Shown piece after piece: positions 8,159 to 18,370 of a stretch of 50,170 nucleotides of DNA. The DNA lies in NCBI GenBank assembly GCA_016788345.1, contig JAEURO010000001.1, forward strand, positions 3,812 through 53,981. The letters run 5' to 3'. The position numbers and the translations under genes are program-made. A model generated the notes under the pieces. That model worked only from the letters and a program-made list of their open reading frames with translations, had not been told where the DNA came from and searched no databases. This stretch comes from Chthonomonadaceae bacterium (GTDB lineage: Bacteria > Armatimonadota > Fimbriimonadia > Fimbriimonadales > Fimbriimonadaceae). Positions within the stretch are counted from its first letter, which is position 1, and the number at the start of each line of letters is the position of its first letter.

Positions 8159-8513
8159 ACAAAGTTTGCTTCTTTCCTGATGGCCGCGGGCGTCTGGCCT
8201 GCGCTCCTCAAGTTGTCAACATACTCTTCGGTCGGACACAAGCCTTCTGGAGGGATGCGGGCCAATTTTTCGACACTTTTGGGGGAAAAGGTGGCCGGGA
8301 TTGGTAAGCCTTGCCCGGCCAATACTCGCTTGTTCCTTTCGAAGTTGCCTGATTGAGTCGGCCTTAGTGGGTCGGTTCTTCTCTTGGACCCGATCCCACC
8401 TCGATGAGAGGATGTGTACAGGTCAACAAGGCTCGTCTCTGTCTCGTTCCCGGTCCCAGACCGATAGCCTAGCCCTGACGTCCCTAGCTGGCCGTGCGAC
8501 CCTCTTCAGCGAT

Positions 8514-9410
8514 TCAGCGAGGAGGATCGGCCAGCGGATAACGGACCTTGTGGTCGGGATATTGGTCTAGTCGTGCTTGTGACCAGCGGAGCCACTTGGC
8601 GTGTCCGTCCGCGTAGATGTAATTAGAGCCTTGGTTGTGACGGTCATACTTGATCCAGCCTTCTTGTGGTCGAGATCCGTCTCCCCATCTGACGAGCGCC
8701 GCTTCCCCGGCCCATGAGTCATAGTCGTCCTGCAAAGTGTAGTAGAAACTGCTGCCTGGATCACTGAAGCCTTCTGAGTTTCGCTCACTAAAGAGGATGA
8801 TGTTCGGATCGTCGAGTCCAGCCAAAACACCCTCTGTGGCAAAACCGCTCAGAGCACCTTCGAGGGCGAAGCGACACGATTTGTGCGTGAAAATGGAGTT
8901 GAGCAGATAGCTCCAGGGTGCGAAGTTGTTCCTTCGAGCCACACAGGCCTCTCCTGTTGGGTTTGCTTCACACTCGGTTCCGACCCCTTGTGCGTCACCG
9001 CTATAGTCCTCAAGATTGGTGGATAGTTTGCCAGGGTGCATGGATCTGTCTTCGGGGCAGAAAGCGACTTGCCTCGACTTCATGTACGGATGCATGATGA
9101 TGGCCCATGGCTTTTCTGCCTGACTGTTTCCAAAACCACCACCTTCGCAATCTGAGGCCGAGGCTGGCAAATCGACGACCAGAGAGCCGTCGTCTAGCAC
9201 CCAGTCATCGTGGTGGTGGAACAGAGACCCATCGTTGTCTTGAAGGTAGAGGCTCGACCCCAAGCCAAGCTGCTTCTGATTGCTGAGGCAGACAGATTTC
9301 TTTGCAGCGCTTTTGGCCTGAGTGAATACAGGAAACAAGATCGCAGATAGGATCGCGATAATCGCGATCACTACGAGGAGTTCAATGAGAGTAAACGCTT
9401 GGCTTTTCAT
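8514..9410 (-). CDS. Prepilin-type N-terminal cleavage/methylation domain protein, H-X9-DG (DUF1559-like) pseudopilin
   Basis: Starts MKSQA|[24 protein letters not shown] and ends in ...[16 protein letters not shown], the H-X9-DG-type C-terminus. Confidence 0.85.
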   Translation of the reverse strand: MKSQAFTLIELLVVIAIIAILSAILFPVFTQAKSAAKKSVCLSNQKQLGLGSSLYLQDNDGSLFHHHDDWVLDDGSLVVDLPASASDCEGGGFGNSQAEKPWAIIMHPYMKSRQVAFCPEDRSMHPGKLSTNLEDYSGDAQGVGTECEANPTGEACVARRNNFAPWSYLLNSIFTHKSCRFALEGALSGFATEGVLAGLDDPNIILFSERNSEGFSDPGSSFYYTLQDDYDSWAGEAALVRWGDGSRPQEGWIKYDRHNQGSNYIYADGHAKWLRWSQARLDQYPDHKVRYPLADPPR

Positions 9411-9532
9411 GGCAGGCCCATTGTCCGACGCTCTTCTGACCGCGGGTCATCGTAGACATGAACAGGGGATGAATCATTGGGACAGGACGGCAGAAGGATT
9501 TGCGGTAACCTGCTTCTCTGCTCGACCAGCCT

Positions 9533-10825
9533 TTGTCCCTCCGCCGGTTGCTGGCCATTTACTCTCCACTGGCTCTCAGCTGGTTGCTGATGGCGGCAGA
9601 GGCTCCGATTTGTACCCGTACAGTTAACAGTCTGCCCGACCACCGGATCCAGACGGCAGCCTACTTAGGCCTGTTCGCCATGGCCCTGTTTATTGAAAGT
9701 CCGGTGATCGACCTTCTGGGAACGTCCACCACTTTATCGGTGGACCGATCAAGTTTTGACAGAGTCCGTCGCTTCTCTTTTCTCCTGATGGCATGGTGCG
9801 GCTTAGTCCATCTTGCTGTGGCGACCACCCCCCTCTTTGACGTCGTTTTCTATGGTGTCCTGAAGTTGCCAAAAGAGGTCGGTGAGGCTTGTCGAGCCCC
9901 CTTGTTAGTCATGGTGCCTTGGAGTCCAGCAATCGGATTACGGCGACATGTCCAGGGATTGCTCATTCGACGCGGCACAACAGCGGCCATTGGGCAAGGC
10001 ACTGTTCTTAGGGTGGCGACAATTGGACTAGTTGCATGGGGGCTGTCTGCGACTGGACAAGTGTCGGGAGCGCTGGTGGCGGCATGGGCACTTTCGGCCA
10101 GCGTCGTGGTCGAGGCGGCCTTTATTTATGTCGTCGGGATGCGGACACTCGCTAACGTAGAGTGGCCAGAGGGCGCCACGACGACGACCACGGCCGACTT
10201 ATTAAGGTTTCATATTCCATTGACGGTAAGCACGATGTTCATGTTGACGTCAATGCCGCTCGTCACCCGCTCCATGAATTCTTTACCGGACAGCATTTTG
10301 TCGATGAACGGATGGCAAGTGTCGATGACGCTGGCGTTCCTCTTTCGAACCATGACTTTCGCTCTACCAGAAGTCGTCATCGCCAACTACCGGGGGAGGG
10401 ACGGTTCCGGCCTCCTGTTCCGCTTTTGCCTCACCATCGGGGCTGGATTGAGTGGAGCCATGGTCCTCATGTCACTGGCAGGATGGGACACCGCCTTCTT
10501 CAGGTATGTGACCGGCGCAGACACCGAGACGGCACATTCTGCGCACCAAGCCTTCTTTGCAAGCTCGTTGTTGCCTCTCATCGGAGCCTTGGCTAGCTAT
10601 GCGAAAGGAGTCCTGACACTTCGAAAGGTCACTACGTCCCGGCTCGCAGCGACGATCGTGTCGCTCTTGGCCCTCTTTGCAGCGTTACAAGTCGGGATTT
10701 GGTCGAATTGGCCAGGGGTCTTGGTCGGTGCACTGGCCGTGACAGTTTCGTCTTTGGCTGAACTAGGAGTCCTGGTGGTTTCGCTCAAAGTGCCTGGATT
10801 TGGCGCAAATTTTGAAAAAACTTAA
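9533..10825 (+). CDS. Polytopic membrane protein with internal two-fold repeat (MATE/MOP-superfamily-like)
   Basis: 430 aa with about 12 hydrophobic segments and a TTG start. The two halves share a motif (CTRTVNSLPDHRIQ vs VTRSMNSLPDSILS). The family call is tentative. Confidence 0.4.
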   Translation: MSLRRLLAIYSPLALSWLLMAAEAPICTRTVNSLPDHRIQTAAYLGLFAMALFIESPVIDLLGTSTTLSVDRSSFDRVRRFSFLLMAWCGLVHLAVATTPLFDVVFYGVLKLPKEVGEACRAPLLVMVPWSPAIGLRRHVQGLLIRRGTTAAIGQGTVLRVATIGLVAWGLSATGQVSGALVAAWALSASVVVEAAFIYVVGMRTLANVEWPEGATTTTTADLLRFHIPLTVSTMFMLTSMPLVTRSMNSLPDSILSMNGWQVSMTLAFLFRTMTFALPEVVIANYRGRDGSGLLFRFCLTIGAGLSGAMVLMSLAGWDTAFFRYVTGADTETAHSAHQAFFASSLLPLIGALASYAKGVLTLRKVTTSRLAATIVSLLALFAALQVGIWSNWPGVLVGALAVTVSSLAELGVLVVSLKVPGFGANFEKT

Positions 10826-10882
10826 GGAAAACCGGGACATTCTGCCTTTCATTGAATTACGATAGACATGAGGCTTTGCCTT

Positions 10883-11713
10883 ATGCATAATAAACGTCTT
10901 CGCGCCTTCACCCTGATCGAGCTCTTGGTTGTGATCGCGATCATTGCCATTCTTGCCGCTATCCTCTTCCCAGTCTTTGCCCAGGCAAAACGAGCTGCAA
11001 AACAAACCCAATGCATCATGCAGACACGGCAGATCATCACTGCCCTCATCATGTATGCGGATGACCATGACACGACATGGGCTCCAGTCGCCACAGCCGC
11101 ATATACTGGGCCTGGCTATCGCCCCCAATATCCTTGGATCGGATACGACAACCGCAATGTTCAAGGTCCTGGCCAGTTTTACGGAGACATGACCCAACCG
11201 GCCAGGAACCCTCCAGCACCTGGAATGATCGATCCGTATCTCAAGAACCACGAGGTCAAAGCCTGCCCAGAAAAGCCTCGGTCTTGGCAACTCGCCATCG
11301 CCTACAACTATTGGCACAATTGCGCTCCCCAAGCGAATTGTGACGTGAGTTCAAGTTATTGGTCTCGAAACCCCGCGGCCCGTCTTCAAGAATATGGCCC
11401 TGGAGGAAAGAACATGAACAATCGCAGGGGATTTGTCGAAGCAGAGGGTGTCACCGATGGCGAGATCGCCGAACCAGCCAACACGCTCGCCACTTGGGAG
11501 CATGGTGTCTGGGCGCCAGTCTGCGTGTTCATTTTGGGGCCGAATTGGTTCGAATCTCCCCCCGCTGACACGAACACTAAAGCCCACTTCCAGTTCCTCC
11601 ATCGAGAAGCCGCTGTTCTTTCTTGGTGTGACGGTCACGCGAAACGATACGCCTATGGCCAGCTCAAGAGGCCGATGTTCTCAGTGAGAAAAGACATCTA
11701 CGAAGGACAATGA
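10883..11713 (+). CDS. Prepilin-type N-terminal domain pseudopilin (H-X9-DG type), tandem paralogue 1
   Basis: Starts MHNKRLRA|[24 protein letters not shown] and has C-terminal WCDGHAKRY. An upstream ATG at 10868 is an alternative start. Confidence 0.85.
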   Translation: MHNKRLRAFTLIELLVVIAIIAILAAILFPVFAQAKRAAKQTQCIMQTRQIITALIMYADDHDTTWAPVATAAYTGPGYRPQYPWIGYDNRNVQGPGQFYGDMTQPARNPPAPGMIDPYLKNHEVKACPEKPRSWQLAIAYNYWHNCAPQANCDVSSSYWSRNPAARLQEYGPGGKNMNNRRGFVEAEGVTDGEIAEPANTLATWEHGVWAPVCVFILGPNWFESPPADTNTKAHFQFLHREAAVLSWCDGHAKRYAYGQLKRPMFSVRKDIYEGQ

Positions 11714-12522
11714 AGCGCGGATTCACGCTCATTGAACTTCTGGTCGTCATCGCTATTATTGCCATCTTGGCCGCTATACTCTTCCCGGTTTTCAGCCAGG
11801 CAAAAGAAGCGGCCAAACAGACCCAATGCATCATGCACATGCGACAGTTGGGTGAGGCCCATATCCTCTACTTAGGCGACCACGACGACACGTGGGCCCC
11901 GGTATACAACTCGACCTCTACTGGCCCAGAATTTCCCCGTACCCAACCTTGGATCGGATATGACACGCGGAACGGGGGCGGGGGAGGAGGCTTTTACGGT
12001 GACATCAGACGGCCAGCCACCCACCCTGTCCAGCCAGGGAAAATCGACCCGTACTTGAAGAACTTTGCCGTCCGTCAGTGTCCTAACCGGCCGGCTGGAT
12101 GGCAAATGGCTGTCGTCTATGGCCTCTGGACAGGGTGCGACAGCAGGACGGACTGCCAAAGGCAGGGCATCTCGTCATCCTATTGGAACCGTAACCCCGC
12201 CGCGATTGGTCGCGAATACAGCGTCGGGGCCATGCGGCAAGTCAGTGGCGGGTTCTTGGCGGCCACGGACAGCTCAGTCCAAGAACCCTCTAAGACTCTC
12301 GTCATGTGGGAACATGGAAATTCGCCTCCAGCCTGCCAGTTCTTGTTCCCGCCCGATTGGTACGACAATCCCCCCAACAATTCGCGACTCATCGACCACT
12401 TCCACCTTCTCCACAGGGGCGGTGCCGTCACAGTCTTCGCCGACAGTCATGTTCGAAGAACGGCCTACTTCGCGCTCAAACGCTCGTGGTTCTCAGTCGA
12501 AAAGGACTTCTATCCAGAGTGA
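11710..12522 (+). CDS. Prepilin-type N-terminal domain pseudopilin (H-X9-DG type), tandem paralogue 2
   Basis: Starts MKRG|[24 protein letters not shown]. It is about half identical by eye to the upstream gene. Its start overlaps the upstream stop (ATGA). Confidence 0.85.
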   Translation: MKRGFTLIELLVVIAIIAILAAILFPVFSQAKEAAKQTQCIMHMRQLGEAHILYLGDHDDTWAPVYNSTSTGPEFPRTQPWIGYDTRNGGGGGGFYGDIRRPATHPVQPGKIDPYLKNFAVRQCPNRPAGWQMAVVYGLWTGCDSRTDCQRQGISSSYWNRNPAAIGREYSVGAMRQVSGGFLAATDSSVQEPSKTLVMWEHGNSPPACQFLFPPDWYDNPPNNSRLIDHFHLLHRGGAVTVFADSHVRRTAYFALKRSWFSVEKDFYPE

Positions 12523-12902
12523 CGGACCTCATCGAACTTTCAAGGGAAGCCCGTCGATTGGCTTATGCGCCCTATTCGAACTATAAGGTTGGCGCAGCAG
12601 TTTTAGGTGTGGACGGGAAGACATACACGGGATGCAACGTGGAAAACGTCTCATTTGGCTTGACTGTGTGCGCCGAACGAACCGCCGTCGTCAAGATGGT
12701 CTCAGCAGGATGTCAAGAACTGTTGGCCCTGGCTGTGGCGACAGCAGACGGCGGCACCCCGTGTGGAATGTGCTTACAAGTCCTCCTCGAATTCACGAAA
12801 ACTCCAGACCAGGTCAAAGTGACCTGTGTCAATGAGTCTTTCAAAGGACACACATACACCCTCACTGAACTGATCCCTCACGGTTTTGCGTCACAATTGT
12901 AA
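12519..12902 (+). CDS. cdd: Cytidine deaminase (small homotetrameric type)
   Basis: CAERTAV and PCGMCLQ zinc/catalytic motifs. A GTG start at 12519 overlapping the upstream stop (GTGA) gives 127 aa. The longer track ORF (from 12306) overlaps the pseudopilin gene. Confidence 0.88.
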   Translation: MTDLIELSREARRLAYAPYSNYKVGAAVLGVDGKTYTGCNVENVSFGLTVCAERTAVVKMVSAGCQELLALAVATADGGTPCGMCLQVLLEFTKTPDQVKVTCVNESFKGHTYTLTELIPHGFASQL

Positions 12903-12907
12903 TTAGA

Positions 12908-13693
12908 ATGAAGAACGCTAGCCTGTTAGTCTTGGTCGCCCTTGTGTTGGCCGCATCGCTCTTGCTTGGCTGTGGGGGCGGCGGTGGGACTGGCGGAGGT
13001 GGGGGAGGTGGCGGAGGAGGAGGAGGTTCTGCCCCTCTGCCTGGCCAATATATCGAGCTTGTGAGCGGAAGCGGGATCCTCCAACCTTTGGCGCTGCACT
13101 CTGGTGACCAGATCCAGTGCGTCATAGCCAATTACGACTTGGCCGGTAACCGCACAGTCCTGCCCTCAAGAAACTGGTCGATGGTTCCGTTGAACTCGCG
13201 AGTCAGCCTATCTTCATCGGGCACAATGTCCATCAAAGGCGCGCCAGTTGGTATCTTCAACTTGACGGCCCAAGCCACTGTCGGAGGACAAACAATCGTC
13301 CTGAACCGCGATTGCGCCGTGCCTCCCAACTACACGACAACGATCAGCGGCCGCGTGACTCGTGAGGCCGAATCCAAGGGCGTCAAGTACATCCAAGTCA
13401 ACTTTTATGATGCGTCTGGGGCCGCAGTCGCAGGAGTGCTCACGGGAGACAACGGGGTGTTCCGGGCCGGTGTGCCGGCCACGGTCAAGTCTGTTTCGAT
13501 CAAATCTGACACTGTCCCCGCTCCGCCTTTCTACAAGTCTTTTGTGTACAAATCCAAGGTCTATACAATGGACGCTTCGACCTGTCCGCTAAAGTTGACG
13601 ATCGCAAGCGGGACGAACAACCCGCTTGACAACATGGGCATTTTCAAGCAAGAAGACGGCCCACCGCCACCGCCCGACGGCTGCAAGCCCTGA
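12908..13693 (+). CDS. Lipoprotein with Gly-run linker and carboxypeptidase-regulatory-like (prealbumin-fold) segment
   Basis: Lipobox LLLGC is followed by GGGGGTGGGGGGGGGGGG. The segment ISGRVTRE...VNFYDASGAAVAGVLTGDNGVFR resembles CarboxypepD_reg-like domains. Confidence 0.6.
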   Translation: MKNASLLVLVALVLAASLLLGCGGGGGTGGGGGGGGGGGGSAPLPGQYIELVSGSGILQPLALHSGDQIQCVIANYDLAGNRTVLPSRNWSMVPLNSRVSLSSSGTMSIKGAPVGIFNLTAQATVGGQTIVLNRDCAVPPNYTTTISGRVTREAESKGVKYIQVNFYDASGAAVAGVLTGDNGVFRAGVPATVKSVSIKSDTVPAPPFYKSFVYKSKVYTMDASTCPLKLTIASGTNNPLDNMGIFKQEDGPPPPPDGCKP

Positions 13694-13719
13694 GAAGCCA
13701 GCCGGTATCCTAAGGGCTT

Positions 13720-14133
13720 ATGGAAGAGACTACACTTGTCCTTATCAAACCCGGCGGAGTCGCCCGAAACCTGATCGGTGAGATCACGCGTAGGATCGAG
13801 GCCAGAGACCTGCGCGTCACCGGATTGAAGCTTGTTAACGCGGAGAGAGCAATCGTCGAAGAGCACTATGGAGAACACCGGGAGCGGCCGTTCTTCCAAG
13901 ATGTTTGCGACTACCTCACCAGCGGTCCCATCGTGTGCATGGCTGTGAACGGGACTAACGCGGTCAAGGCGATCCGGACGATGATGGGTGCGACGAACCC
14001 AGTGGAAGCTGCGCCCGGGACAGTGAGAGGAGACCTTGCGCTGACCATCGACGACAACCTGACCCATAGCAGCAGTGACCCCGAAGCCGCTGCGAGAGAG
14101 TTGGCACTTTGGTTTCCAGAAGGCACGGTCTGA
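13720..14133 (+). CDS. ndk: Nucleoside diphosphate kinase
   Basis: 137 aa with TLVLIKPGGV, ERPFF, GATNP..A.PGT.RGD and N..H.S. Confidence 0.95.
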   Translation: MEETTLVLIKPGGVARNLIGEITRRIEARDLRVTGLKLVNAERAIVEEHYGEHRERPFFQDVCDYLTSGPIVCMAVNGTNAVKAIRTMMGATNPVEAAPGTVRGDLALTIDDNLTHSSSDPEAAARELALWFPEGTV

Positions 14134-14172
14134 TCTTGGGCCGCTTCGATCGGTAGCCTGGCAGGGAACTCC

Positions 14173-15210
14173 TTGATAGTCCAATTCCGACCCATCCTAC
14201 TGACCAAGAGGTATCCGCTGAGGATCAGCCGAGGTGTCAGTACTGGCTCGACAAACCTCTTTGTCCAGGTCAGCGATGGAACGCACATTGGGTTAGGCGA
14301 ATGTGCTCCTGGCACAGGACACAACGACCAAACTTTTGCAACTGCGGCGCAAGAGGCTTTATCGAAGTTTGTGGAACGTCACGACTTAGCCCAAGGCCCG
14401 CACCAGGTCTGGGCAGACATGGAGGCAGCCGGCCTCGATCGCGCTTACATGGCAGGCGTGGACATCGCTTTGTGGGACCTCCTTGGCAAACAAGCCAAGC
14501 TGCCTCTTCGGGCTCTGCTCGGACTGCCGCGTAAAACAGTGGCAACGAGCGTGACAATCGGCATCAACCCACCAGAGGTCATTGCTGAACGGGTTCCTGA
14601 AATCTTGCACCGGACCGGGGCCAAACACTTAAAGGTCAAGCTGGGAAGCCCAGAGGGATTGGACTCCGATAAGGCCTCTTACCTGGCTGTCATCGAAGCC
14701 TCCAAAGGGTCACAAGTGTCTTTCAGGGTCGACGCGAACGGTGGCTGGAACCTGAACAACGCTCAAGCGATGGTACAGTGGCTGGCCGACCATGGCTGCG
14801 ACTATGTCGAGCAACCGCTTTCCGACAGCGATGAGCCAGGTTTGGACATGTTGTTCGAGGGCTCGCCACTTCCCATATTTCTTGATGAGTGGATTCGGTC
14901 AAGCGGCGATGTGGCCCGATTTTCTGGAAGGTGCCATGGGGTCAACCTGAAACTCATGAAAACCGGAGGGCTGACAGAAGCACTGCGTGTTGTCGCCACC
15001 GCAAGGGCGAACGGACTCAAGACAATGATCGGCTGTATGGGAGAGTCCCCAGTGGCCATTTCGGCAGGTGCGTCCCTTGGTGCGCTTTTCGACCACATTG
15101 ACCTGGACTCCCACTTAAACCTCCTGCCTGGGCCCGTGTCAGGATCAAGACTTGAAGACGGCGCCGTTTGGCCGACCGAAGTCCCTGGCCACGGTGCCTT
15201 ATTGGACTGA
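14173..15210 (+). CDS. Enolase-superfamily dipeptide (L-Ala-D/L-Glu-type) epimerase
   Basis: 345 aa with a TTG start. Has KVKLG, RVDANGGW, VEQP and LDEW metal/catalytic landmarks of the MLE subgroup. Confidence 0.72.
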   Translation: MIVQFRPILLTKRYPLRISRGVSTGSTNLFVQVSDGTHIGLGECAPGTGHNDQTFATAAQEALSKFVERHDLAQGPHQVWADMEAAGLDRAYMAGVDIALWDLLGKQAKLPLRALLGLPRKTVATSVTIGINPPEVIAERVPEILHRTGAKHLKVKLGSPEGLDSDKASYLAVIEASKGSQVSFRVDANGGWNLNNAQAMVQWLADHGCDYVEQPLSDSDEPGLDMLFEGSPLPIFLDEWIRSSGDVARFSGRCHGVNLKLMKTGGLTEALRVVATARANGLKTMIGCMGESPVAISAGASLGALFDHIDLDSHLNLLPGPVSGSRLEDGAVWPTEVPGHGALLD

Positions 15211-15212
15211 AC

Positions 15213-15536
15213 ATGCCCATCTACGAGTTCGCTTGCCAGTCGTGCGGCAAAAGAAGTTCCCAGCTCGTCAGCATTTCGAGCGAAGACCTCGATCCTTGCC
15301 CACATTGTGGTCGAGCCGACCTCACCAAACTTGTGTCCCGCTTCCGGATGGGCAGGAGCGAGGACACGCGTGTCGAGGAATTGGCAAACCGTCTTGAAGC
15401 CATGGGTGAGCCCGACTCACCGTCAGACATGCGCCACATGGTCCGAGAAATGGGTAAAGCCATGGATGACGACATGGCGGACGACATGGAAGAGATGTTC
15501 GAGGCAGATATGGAAGAAGACGCCGGTACAGACTAG
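15213..15536 (+). CDS. FmdB-family zinc-ribbon protein with acidic tail
   Basis: Starts MPIYEFACQSCG...CPHCG (CxxC...CxxC) and has a C-terminal D/E/M-rich tail. The start is the internal ATG just after the epimerase stop. Confidence 0.8.
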   Translation: MPIYEFACQSCGKRSSQLVSISSEDLDPCPHCGRADLTKLVSRFRMGRSEDTRVEELANRLEAMGEPDSPSDMRHMVREMGKAMDDDMADDMEEMFEADMEEDAGTD

Positions 15537-15552
15537 GGCCCTGCACGCCGGC

Positions 15553-17334
15553 TCAGTGCCTCTTAAACCGTCGGTAAAGATCGGACTTGGGAAGGACGAT
15601 CGTGATTGGGCGCCCATGAGGGCAAAGGAAGGGGTTCTCAGTTTGGGCAAGATCAAAGACGAGCTTCTCCATTTCCGCTTGCCCAAGCGGGTCGCCAGCC
15701 TTGATAGCCATCTTGCAAGAACACATGATATAGACGTCGTCGCGCAGCGTGTTCAAGCACCCTTGGCCAAGGCCGTCAGCAAGTTCATTGACGACATCCC
15801 TGAGAACTTGGAGCGGCTGTCGGCCGCGCCAGAGCGCGGGCACGCTTCGGACTAAGACACTGTCCCCTCCGAAACGTTCGATTTCAAACCCGATCGCCCT
15901 CAGTTCGTCGAACCGCTCAGCAACCACCTCGATCGTGCGTTTGTCGAAGTGCAGGGTTTCGGGCTGGATCAAAGATTGGGTCTCGATTTGGCCCTGGCCC
16001 CTCGTCGCAAGCAAGTGTTCATAGCACACCCTCTCATGGGCCACATGCTGGTCGATCACAAGGATCCCCTGGTCGTTTTCGGCAAGGATGAAGGTGTTGT
16101 CGACCTGTGCCAAGATACGAAGGCCGTCCAAAAAACTTGTCGAAGCAGAGCCAATGGTCGCTGCTAATTCAGCACTTTGTGCCCCCTCTACCTGTAAAGG
16201 AGACTGCGCCCATTGGGCCAGGGCAAAGATTCCGCCGGGCTGGCTTACTTCCAAGCCAAGTTGCCCAGATGACAGTGCGGCGTTCGCTGCTGCCAATCCT
16301 TCCGCATGAGGCACCATTCCGGTTTCTAGGAGGGCGTTCGAGACTCCACGCTTCACCGCGTCAAAAACGGCCCCTTCATGGTGGAACCGGACTTCAGACT
16401 TGGTCGGCGAAACATTGACGTCAACCCTCTCAGGGTCTACGTCCAACATGAGCACCGCCAAAGGAAAGCGTTTGTCTGGTGTCAAGCTTCTCAACGCTTG
16501 ATCCAGAGCCGATTGCAGCGTGCGGGACCGAACCGGGCGGCCGTTTACAAACATCCACTGGTGTGACCGGGTCGGTTTGGTGAAGTGAGGCGGAGAGACG
16601 AAGCCGCGCACACGGGCGGTCCCGTTGTAGAAGTCGACCGGGGCCAGGGCCCGTGCAGATTCGCGGCCCCATACGTCTGCCACGGCATTGGCAAGCGAAC
16701 CGTCACCGCCGGTCTGCACTACTGCCGTCCCACCATGTCTGAGAACAAACTTAACGTCAGGACGGGATAGCGAAGCTCGGGAGACAGCGTCGATAATCGC
16801 CGATAGTTCCGTTGCGTCAGACTTTAGGAACTTAAGGCGGGCGGGCGTGTTGAAGAACAAGTCTTCGACCCGTACCGTCGTGCCCTTTGCCCCGGGCCCT
16901 GCGGGCAAGGTCCTCATCTGGCTCCCCTCAACTTCAATCCTGGCGCGAAGCCCGTTCGTGACCCCAGAGCTCACGGTCATCTTTGACACCGAACCGATAG
17001 AAGGAAGTGCCTCACCACGAAACCCCATGGTCGCGACCCTGTTCAAATCCTCAACACTAGAAATCTTTGACGTCGCATGGCGCTGGAGGGCCAGTTGTAG
17101 TGAGCATTCGTCCATGCCACAGCCGTCGTCACACACTTCGATCAGTCTGCGTCCAGCCTCCTCTATCGTGACTTCGACCCATGTCGCCCCAGAGTCCAGC
17201 GAGTTTTCGACCAGCTCCTTGACCACCGACGCTGGCCTCTCGACGACCTCTCCCGCCGCAATCTGGTTCACAGTGTGCGAGTCCAGCATTCGGACCACGG
17301 GGGTCAATGGATTCGGTCGGTGGGCTATGGCCAT
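15553..17334 (-). CDS. mutL: DNA mismatch repair protein MutL (endonuclease-type)
   Basis: 593 aa with an N-terminal GHKL ATPase (IAAGEVVERPASVVKELVENSLDSGA). The C-terminus has DQHVAHERVCYE and CPHGRP endonuclease motifs. Confidence 0.95.
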   Translation of the reverse strand: MAIAHRPNPLTPVVRMLDSHTVNQIAAGEVVERPASVVKELVENSLDSGATWVEVTIEEAGRRLIEVCDDGCGMDECSLQLALQRHATSKISSVEDLNRVATMGFRGEALPSIGSVSKMTVSSGVTNGLRARIEVEGSQMRTLPAGPGAKGTTVRVEDLFFNTPARLKFLKSDATELSAIIDAVSRASLSRPDVKFVLRHGGTAVVQTGGDGSLANAVADVWGRESARALAPVDFYNGTARVRGFVSPPHFTKPTRSHQWMFVNGRPVRSRTLQSALDQALRSLTPDKRFPLAVLMLDVDPERVDVNVSPTKSEVRFHHEGAVFDAVKRGVSNALLETGMVPHAEGLAAANAALSSGQLGLEVSQPGGIFALAQWAQSPLQVEGAQSAELAATIGSASTSFLDGLRILAQVDNTFILAENDQGILVIDQHVAHERVCYEHLLATRGQGQIETQSLIQPETLHFDKRTIEVVAERFDELRAIGFEIERFGGDSVLVRSVPALWRGRQPLQVLRDVVNELADGLGQGCLNTLRDDVYIMCSCKMAIKAGDPLGQAEMEKLVFDLAQTENPFLCPHGRPITIVLPKSDLYRRFKRH

Positions 17335-17405
17335 GGCTAAGCAATCTTACTGACGTTTCCGACAATGAGAAATGTGCGGGTCAGTTTAGCCCGTGCGGTT
17401 CGGTC

Positions 17406-18263
17406 ATGTTCACCTTCATTGGGATCATTATTGGCGTTGTAGCCACCGTGGTCGGCTACCTCATGCATGGTGGCCAGATCGGGGTCTTGATCCAGGTCAA
17501 TGAGTTTGTCATCCTAGGTGGGGCAGGAATCGGCATCTTTCTGGGCTCCAACGGCATGCCTGTCTTGCAGCAGACGATCAAGGCTCTGACCGGCTTGCTC
17601 AAACCGGCGCCTGCCAAGCAAGACTACGTCGATCTTCTCAAAATGATGTACCAGCTCTTCACGGTCGCCCGGAAAGAGGGCCTTCTAGGTCTCGAAAAAC
17701 ACGTCGAAAACCCGGAAGAGTCGGAGATCATGAAGAAGTTTCCGTCGTTCTTGGCCAACCATCATGCCGTCCATTTCTTCTGTGACACCATGAAAGTCAT
17801 ATTGACCGGCGCAGTCGGGCCGCATGACCTCTCAGAAATGATGGAGCTCGACCTAGAAGTCGCCCACGCAGAAGAAATGGTGCCTTCCGACGCCCTACAA
17901 AACGTGGCCGACGCCATGCCAGCGGTCGGAATCGTCGCGGCCGTCCTTGGCATCATCATCACGATGGGCAAGATCGGGGGCGAAGCCTCAGAGATCGGTC
18001 ACTCGGTCGGTGCATCGCTCGCAGGAACGTTCTTTGGTATTTTCGCCGGATACATCGTGATCGCCCCAATGGCCAAGTCGGTCGGCAACCGGGTTAAGGC
18101 CGGCGGCCAATATCTGACCTGTATCCGATACTCCCTATTTAGTTTTGCACGAGGCGAATCTCCGATCACATGCGTAGAGTTCGCCCGCCGAAACATCGAC
18201 CCGACAGTAAGGCCAGGGTTTGTCGAGCTCGAAAAGGCTGTCAAGGAGAAGGATGCGGCGTAA
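17406..18263 (+). CDS. motA: Flagellar motor stator protein MotA
   Basis: MotA/ExbB-type 4-TM protein starting at MFTFIGIIIGV. The track ORF start at 17307 would overlap mutL. Confidence 0.88.
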   Translation: MFTFIGIIIGVVATVVGYLMHGGQIGVLIQVNEFVILGGAGIGIFLGSNGMPVLQQTIKALTGLLKPAPAKQDYVDLLKMMYQLFTVARKEGLLGLEKHVENPEESEIMKKFPSFLANHHAVHFFCDTMKVILTGAVGPHDLSEMMELDLEVAHAEEMVPSDALQNVADAMPAVGIVAAVLGIIITMGKIGGEASEIGHSVGASLAGTFFGIFAGYIVIAPMAKSVGNRVKAGGQYLTCIRYSLFSFARGESPITCVEFARRNIDPTVRPGFVELEKAVKEKDAA

Positions 18264-18370
18264 ACCGCCGCACTGCACCCAGTAAGCGGCTGAGCCTCGA
18301 GACAGCAGGACTGCGTCCGCAGACACGACTGACTCTGGCCCTCAAGACCCCCCTCTTATAAAGTGGATCT

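Noticed and set aside
8110-8322. 70-aa ORF as an annotated CDS.
   Set aside because: It is not listed as a feature because it reads through a strong terminator hairpin and T-tract and has no recognisable family. It is kept only as a possibility within the 8159-8513 finding.
11547-11556. GGTTCGAATC T-loop-like motif suggesting a second tRNA.
   Set aside because: It lies inside a well-supported pseudopilin CDS. No acceptor or anticodon stems can be drawn around it.
12862-13131. 89-aa minus-strand ORF encoding a poly-proline run.
   Set aside because: It is the reverse complement of the Gly-run in the lipoprotein gene. It has no start context and overlaps cdd and the lipoprotein gene.
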